Shown: positions 57,396 through 64,000 of the stretch, piece by piece
How positions within the stretch are numbered: position 1 is the first letter of the stretch
How the letters are laid out: every line of letters begins with the position of its first letter
NCBI GenBank assembly: GCA_030141605.1
Contig: JAQGDQ010000477.1
Location: 62,001-126,000, forward strand
Length of the DNA: 64,000 nucleotides
Origin: Tubiluchus corallicola
Lineage: Eukaryota > Animalia > Priapulida
Direction of reading: 5' to 3'
Made by a program: the position numbers and the translations under genes
The notes under the pieces: model-generated
What the model was told of the DNA's origin: nothing
The model's input: the letters and a program-made list of their open reading frames with translations, nothing else
The model's database searches: none

Positions 57396-58754
57396 TCATG
57401 ACGTTCTTGGTACCTCCGGTAACGCACAGATCTTGTTGTGGACAGGAATGGCGACGAAACCAGCAAGACAGATACCCAAAGTATCAGCAACACTTGCAAC
57501 GCCAAGGCTAAATTCTCTCACTTCCTCTTCCGCCTCATCCGACAGCTTAATAAATGAATTCACGTAAGCTGATCCGCCTAATAGTCCTTCGTACAAAATT
57601 ATACAACATACTAACCAAAACGGAACAAACATGTACACTGCGTCAATTGTGAAAAACGTCGCGTTTACTAATTGCAAAGCGGGAAAAATCCAGATTTTCT
57701 TTGTGCGATAATAACTTCCTGATGATCGGGAGATGAACACCCCTAGCTGATAACTGACTTGATACCAGCGATATTGAGCGCCTATTGATAGCCAGTTAAT
57801 GTTCCTGAAGGTTACTAATTCAAACAAAGCCTGGTTGATATAGTACTCAGCAAAATATACAAGAAACAACGGAATCATGTACTTATGCAAAGGCGGAATC
57901 AACTTCAGCCTTTCTAATGTTGACAGTTTGCTGACATAATCGCTAGGACCAGGCTGATGTTCTGGTTTTGCAGTAGTATTACTCTTTACACCTCTTACAC
58001 CTTCTTGCTTCAAACCGTCTACTTCTGACGACTTAGGCGTAAGTTGAGGATGGCTCAACAATGGTAGCTTGTCACCTTCTGAACAATTTCGACCGTTAGT
58101 TGAAGTTAGTATTACATAATAACTAAGACTCATAACAATCGGGACAAAAAGCATGACTAGAATTGCATGACGGGGTGTTAGCCCCGCACCGGTTAGCCCT
58201 GCGTACGATAAAGCTCCAAATAGGGCTGCTCCACCCGTCCCAGACGACCATGTGGCTAATGTATTTCTCTCGTACAACGCCGTGAGACTCAAGAATGTTA
58301 ATTCTCCAAGACCAAAGCAAATGCTGGCACAAACAACACCAAGTACGCTCATCCAAATTGCAACAGAACTTGCAACAATGATGAAGCTTGCACCAGAAAA
58401 AAATATGCACATTGGCACCCTGACTCTGTAGTGTATTCTGTGTATGTAGAATGCAGCAGAAAGTCTTACGAACAGACACGGCAGTATGTCAGCCAAGAGG
58501 ATGGCTCCTGTAGACATTGGATTGCATGTCCTACCACTAGGCGCGGGCGCCCTAGTAACTGTAACATTCGAAACCTGTCTTGTAAACTTTGTCTTTTGCA
58601 TACTCAGTATGTCATAAGCTGAGCTTAGCATTACTATGTAACTTATATTGTTACACAAACCCAGGAACCAAAATCCGATCAAATTTCGTCGTTCGATAAT
58701 AAATTTTCTCAACCCTCCTTCTTTCATAGTTCTCTTTTCCTCAGAAAACTCCAT
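57396..58754 (-). CDS. CLN3: Battenin / CLN3 (yeast Btn1 family) lysosomal multi-pass membrane protein, 452 aa, uninterrupted ORF
   Basis: Family motifs: GFWFLGLCNNISYIVMLSSAYDILS, STGAILLADILP, WSSGTGGA, VYFAEYYINQ, QYRWYQVSYQLGVFISRSS, YEGLLGGSAYVN, REFSLG...DTLGI. Confidence 0.97.
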   Translation of the reverse strand: MEFSEEKRTMKEGGLRKFIIERRNLIGFWFLGLCNNISYIVMLSSAYDILSMQKTKFTRQVSNVTVTRAPAPSGRTCNPMSTGAILLADILPCLFVRLSAAFYIHRIHYRVRVPMCIFFSGASFIIVASSVAIWMSVLGVVCASICFGLGELTFLSLTALYERNTLATWSSGTGGAALFGALSYAGLTGAGLTPRHAILVMLFVPIVMSLSYYVILTSTNGRNCSEGDKLPLLSHPQLTPKSSEVDGLKQEGVRGVKSNTTAKPEHQPGPSDYVSKLSTLERLKLIPPLHKYMIPLFLVYFAEYYINQALFELVTFRNINWLSIGAQYRWYQVSYQLGVFISRSSGSYYRTKKIWIFPALQLVNATFFTIDAVYMFVPFWLVCCIILYEGLLGGSAYVNSFIKLSDEAEEEVREFSLGVASVADTLGICLAGFVAIPVHNKICALPEVPRTS

Positions 58755-58858
58755 GTCGACAGATCAGAATGCTCCGCTTCGCATAACTGCGTCTACTGAA
58801 GCAACTGGTTTCTTAAGTTACACGCTTTTTGTTGTCCATGTCACAGCACCAGTTGCCA

Positions 58859-58870
58859 CACGTGACGTCA
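58859..58870 (-). promoter_or_regulatory. Overlapping CLEAR-like E-box (GTCACGTG) and CRE (TGACGTCA)
   Basis: cacgtgacgtca lies ~105-116 bp upstream of the CLN3 ATG. Confidence 0.4.
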
Positions 58871-58989
58871 CAAACGCTTCCAACATTCTTTACAATAAAG
58901 AGAAATTGCATAGCGAAAACAAAACAGCAGATTCTATGGTATATTTTGGGCCTGCAGAAAAATGTATGTTTAAAGAATATAACTTACAA

Positions 58990-59386
58990 TATGTTTATTG
59001 AGCGACGATCGTTTCGGCTACTGAAGCCATTATCACACTATAATGGTTTCATTTATTGCAGTGCCCACTTGTTGTAAAATGGACAAACGTAAAAGTTGTG
59101 TTTAATTCTTATACTGCTTGTTCTTCATTGTGTACACTTGCACTAATTGTTTACCTGTTGTGTGTTTTTTCAGTTCTCATGTGTTAGGCAAAAAAATTGT
59201 ACATTTCTCTGCAATTTTCTCCGTTACAACTTAGTTTATTCTGGTAAGTTAAATGCTAATCTGTTGTTTTGTAGTTTCAGTTTGTGCCTTTGTATCAATT
59301 AATGCATTATTTATTCTTATTTTTGGCTTGATTTATAGTTTAATAATGGCTTTAGTAGCCAAAACGATCGTCGCTCAATAAACATA
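58990..59386. mobile_element. Element with ~53-bp inverted termini; probable Penelope-like remnant with decayed hammerhead motifs
   Basis: tatgtttattgagcgacgatcgtttcggctactgaagccattat vs ataatggctttagtagccaaaacgatcgtcgctcaataaacata. Confidence 0.7.
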
Positions 59387-61694
59387 CTGATTCCTAGAAG
59401 TTGACTCTTTCGTGTATTTAATGTAACTTACGTTTGTACTACATGACACGTCATAATAAATATCTTCCGGTTTACGTGTGCAAATGCAATAAGAACAAAT
59501 ACAAGGGTAGAGGAATCGCTCTCAAAAGAACCTGATTTCACTCAGTCAGAATGCGAAGTACCCCGATGGTGGGTAAAAGCAATAATAGGAAGAAAGTGGT
59601 TTCTCGTATAGTGTACGCCCCTATGCGGGCGATGGCTGATCTACCGCGAAATCAATGAAGTTTAATCCTCGAAGAGGGTGCCAGAGGCAACCTTAATTTT
59701 CCAAAGAGTGGATATTTCAGCAAAGTTGTATTTTTCGTCCGATAGCTGATTGACTGAGGTCTCGGCAATGTTTTATTTCATAGTTCATGATGTCGCTAAG
59801 AGATGGATATGCCTATGGTGCAATTGATATTGTCCAATTCTTGCTAATTATGAAGCTTTATACTTGATTTTAAAGTAGAGATCTCATAAAAGGAAAACAT
59901 TTCACTTTGCGTAAGCTGTTTAACGTTAAAACTATTTTACTTCAATATGTATAAAAATTCTACGATGTTTGTCGGCCTTACCTAGGGTGTGAATTCTTAC
60001 ATTGAATTTTCTCCACGAGTAAGTTGTCATACTGTTATTATTATCATTGTCATTTTCAATTTCGTTATCCGTGCAAATAGTAATTGTTACTGCTGCTGCT
60101 ATTGATGGTGCTGTACACAGAGTTGTTGAACTGTGGTTGCTGTTCTTCTACATTGTCTTTATTGCTCTAATTATTTTTATTTTACTGTTGCATTTGTCAC
60201 TGCCATCGTCCTTACCATTGAAGCTGTTTGTTGCAGTTAAAATTTTTTATTGATTATTTGGTATTAAATTTTGTGACTTTCATTATTTGATGCGCAAATG
60301 CTGAGGGGCGCAGGCGTAATTTATTTATTTTTCTTGTCAGCTTGCACATAAATGCAAAAAAACATTTAATTACGGCAAAAAAGGTAGTGAGACTAAAAAA
60401 TCATGATCTCGTCAAACAAGTCGTTTTAATGACATATGGATGTACTGTAACAAAATAACATTTAAATTTGTTTTTTCGTTTTATAAAACCATAGAATCGT
60501 AGCTAAATTATTGATGCGTCTAGGCTTTAGAGTGAATACGGACAGTGAGGCACCTTGCAAAAGTGAAACGAATTTTTGAGAGTCAGCTGACAAACTAAGA
60601 TTTCATTACAAAATATTTTATTATGAGACAAAAGTCATACAATTTTGCGACATCGAAGTTTAGTAATTGTTTGTATTCCACAATTTAGTCACTTTTCGCT
60701 TAGTATGAAGGGCTTGGCGATAGTTTAATTTATCATGCGCCACCTCTGGACTGCTGGTCGAACTAAAAAGAAGCAGTCGTGAATTCATAAAGAGTATCTT
60801 TATTGGCTGATGTAGTAAAAACTAAAAAACCAAAAGTGGTAAAATTAATGGACTTAATGAGTAAAAGGTATTAAAAGAGGGAGCAAATAATTTAAATGAT
60901 CTTTTGCTGTACAATGTTTTGGATCACAGTTCAAGGTAACATGCGGTGTAAAGTACTGAAAGGGCAAATTATTCTTTCTCAAGACATGTCACTTTCATAG
61001 TAGCGTTGCTTTTCAATTTTTACTTGTATCCATATCTAATGTAAACGCTATAGGTAGATCCATGAATCTCCCGTAATGCCTGTTCTCTACTGGCATTACT
61101 GTGTGTATGGTACAAGAATTTTTTTATGATTTCACTCATGTTCTAAATTGCTTTTGAATTTATTTATTGAGTTGGGTGCTGTAGTTTGCTTAGACTATTC
61201 CAGCTGTTGACTACTCGGTTGCTGAAGACTACGTATGGCCGTATGGAAGATTCCTATTGTGCTGATTTCTTACAACCTGCATACCGCTACCTACGTGATC
61301 ATTTACTATTACTTAAGTTGCTAATCCAATATTTACTAATAAGAACATTTTGAAATTATTAATTTTGCCTTCAAATCTTTAGTCATTTATTCACCATCAT
61401 TATTTAGATAATGAAATTAAGGCTATAATTTATATTAAAGCTTAAGCCACAGGTCACAATACACATTGTGTATTTTGACACACAATTCTGTCTTTACTTA
61501 ATTTCATCTGAAATAATTTAGTTGGTTTTCTTTGAGGATAAATTGAGTTAGGAAGTAATCTGTACTTGAATGCAGAGTTTTATCATCGGGTTATCTTCAG
61601 GAGCATGTCAAATTTTGCCTTGATCAGTATGTTCAGAAATTATTCCTAAGATGACGTTAGACAGATGCTTTCCCGCTTACTACGAGGCTAAGAC

Positions 61695-62601
61695 CAGGGA
61701 GTGTTACTGGAAAAAAATTGTCATTTCGGTTTGCTGTAACATGCACTTTCGGTTAAGCTTCGGTTTCGAATAGTTCTCGGTAGCGTTTTTATGCAGTTTT
61801 ACTAGTATTTCCCAATTTACCTTTTCTTTTTTCCTAGTTAACAAAAACTGCTGAAAAATCTTGGCGAAATTAGTTCAAATATAGCGAAAATTTCGTTTAC
61901 ATAACAACTGGTAACATGCTTTTACTAGCAATGTGGAGCTCCATTAGTGCTGAGAACTGTGAAAGCTTTAGGGCGTCCAGGCCTAATCAACTGAAATATC
62001 AAACCACATTTGAATTTACTTTTCGCATTTAATTTTATAATTTATGAAATATAATCAACAAAATATCTACAAAATAAAATTTGTTTATTTTCTAATGAAG
62101 CATTATGATCTTTAAACATTAATCATAAAACTAGAAAAACACTATATCCTAAGGTAAGCTCTCCATCAAACTTGAGATTCTATACCATAGAACTTCCTTG
62201 TCCTTTTTGTATTACAATTTTGTATCGCAACAAATAAAAGCAAGCAAACAAAAAACAAAATATTTTACCAATTTTAGAATTCCCTTTTTTTCAGTTTTAA
62301 TAGTAATTGATTTTGCGAAAATGTTTCGATTCGGTTTCGTTTCGGTATCGGTTTGCTAGGTTTCATAGATTTCGGTTTTGGTATCGGTTTCCTAGGTTTC
62401 ATAGATTTCGGTTCGGTTTCTTAGGTTTCATAGATTTCGGTTTTGGTATCGGTTTCCTAGGTTTCATAGATTTCGGTTTCCTAAGTCTCATAGATTTCGG
62501 TTTCGGTTTCCTAGGTTCCATAGATTTCGGTTTCGGTTTGGTTTCTTAGGTTCCATAGATTTCGGTTTCAGTTTGAAAATTCATTTTCAGTAACATCCCT
62601 G
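61695..62601. mobile_element. hAT-type non-autonomous element
   Basis: TIRs CAGGGA(G)TGTTACTG / CAGTAACATCCCTG. 8-bp TSD gctaagac / gctaagat. Tandem tttcggtttcctaggtttcataga subterminal repeats at ~62325-62575. Confidence 0.88.
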
Positions 62602-63188
62602 GCTAAGATTGGGTTAAAAGCATAGATGCTAAAACAAACTGATGTCAGGCTTGTAGGCCTATTAGTGTTCTACGCAGAACTGGTAACTAATCATAAAAAA
62701 ATACATTGATGTTGATGCTGTACAGCTCAAACCCAGTGTGCCTGGGTACTTACTTTTAACAGGGGGAGTGAACTATAAGTTTCACAACAATTTTGCTCTT
62801 AATAGTGAAAGCATAAAACAGTGTAGATAATCGTTGCGCAAATTTGGACACTTTTATCATTTACCTCGCGTAATTTACAGAGGCTTTATGGTGCTGTTAT
62901 GTTGCAGTTTGATGAAAATGCGACATCAATTTTGCGATAAAATGGTAGATTGGTTACTAAAATGTAGAAAAGTAATATTTCATGATGCGTGTAATCTTTT
63001 TGTGCATATACTTTTCTGATTATTTTAAAGAGAGCGCTCTCATAACCCATCGTATTCAGTGGATTCCTCTTTCCACTCTGCCTAAATTCAAAAGTATTAT
63101 TACAGCCATATTTGCAACTTGCAATGCTAGTGATTGCGGGTTTTTCTTAAATTCATACTTACTTAGAATATTTGCATCATAATTTAAA

Positions 63189-63660
63189 TACCGTATATAC
63201 TTACGTACAATTTTTGGGAGGCGATTTTTAGGCAAAATTTTTGGGGTCGACTTATACTTATGATATGTTTTTGGGAGATGTCGCTAAAGAGTCGTCTACA
63301 ATACGAATCCTTCATTATACGCTGGACTGAATGAACACTTATACTGTGAGTCTGTGATACTTCACATCAGAGAATGTTTGCATCTTGACATTACTTCACA
63401 AAATTAAAAAATATTACTGTAATTTTTTTACTGTATGTGAAATTAAGTTAAATTTTATGTATTACCGGTAAATAAACTAGCGACGGAGCACTCGATCAGA
63501 ACATGGAAATTGCCAATGTTGTGCAGATGCTGCAGATCATTTACTCTGGAAGGTCTTAATATTTTATGGTCGACTTGTACACAGGTAATATATAAAATGA
63601 TGCAATTTTTGGTCTTAAAATGCACATCGACTTGTACGTAAGGTCGACTTGTACGCGGAA
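63189..63660 (+). mobile_element. Tc1/mariner (pogo/Tigger-like) MITE fragment
   Basis: TA-CCGTATATACT terminus plus repeated ggtcgactt(a/g)tac motifs at ~63245, 63568 and 63628-63655. The second terminus was not found. Confidence 0.5.
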
Positions 63661-64000
63661 CATCCTACCAACCATTTTGAAACCAACCGAAATGAAACAT
63701 CTGATGATACTGAAATTTTTGTTGCTTCCAGACTTAATAGAAATCATGGAGGTGAGATGGCAGTGCCAACAGAAAAGAAATGCATTTGAACGAAATGTCG
63801 TTGGAAAATGTGCAACTTATTGCACCTAACTTTGATAACCGTTGTGATATTAAGAACTGTAGATGCTGTTAGTACAACAATGTAAAATTCTACTGGGACT
63901 GTTTTTTAATTTGGTGTTTCCTTTTTGAAGTATGATAACATAAGTTTTATAGACAATTTTTTTGGAGTTTTTATGCCTGTTTGCCTGTTCGTATACTACA

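Noticed and set aside
61222-61250. ctgaagactacgtatggccgtatggaa as a hammerhead
   Set aside because: No GAAA directly after the stem and no stem I or III.

Overview
AT-rich, repeat-dense animal genomic DNA. It is probably a lophotrochozoan invertebrate, possibly a mollusc, inferred only from the 5S rRNA-derived sequence. The only convincing protein-coding gene is an uninterrupted CLN3/battenin ORF on the minus strand (57396-58754). It has a CLEAR/CRE-like motif about 110 bp upstream and lacks a C-terminal CaaX box. Almost all other ORFs in the track are microsatellite or minisatellite artefacts. The rest of the window is mostly non-autonomous DNA transposons: two multi-copy TTAA-flanked Kolobok-like families, hAT-type elements with 8-bp TSDs, a piggyBac-type MITE, a TA-flanked MITE and a long foldback element. 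It also holds truncated LINE 3' ends (including an inverted pair), Penelope-like remnants with hammerhead-ribozyme cores, a 5S rRNA pseudogene with other 5S-derived relics, and many tandem repeats, several apparently born inside mobile elements. All alignments were done by eye and boundaries are approximate unless termini are quoted.
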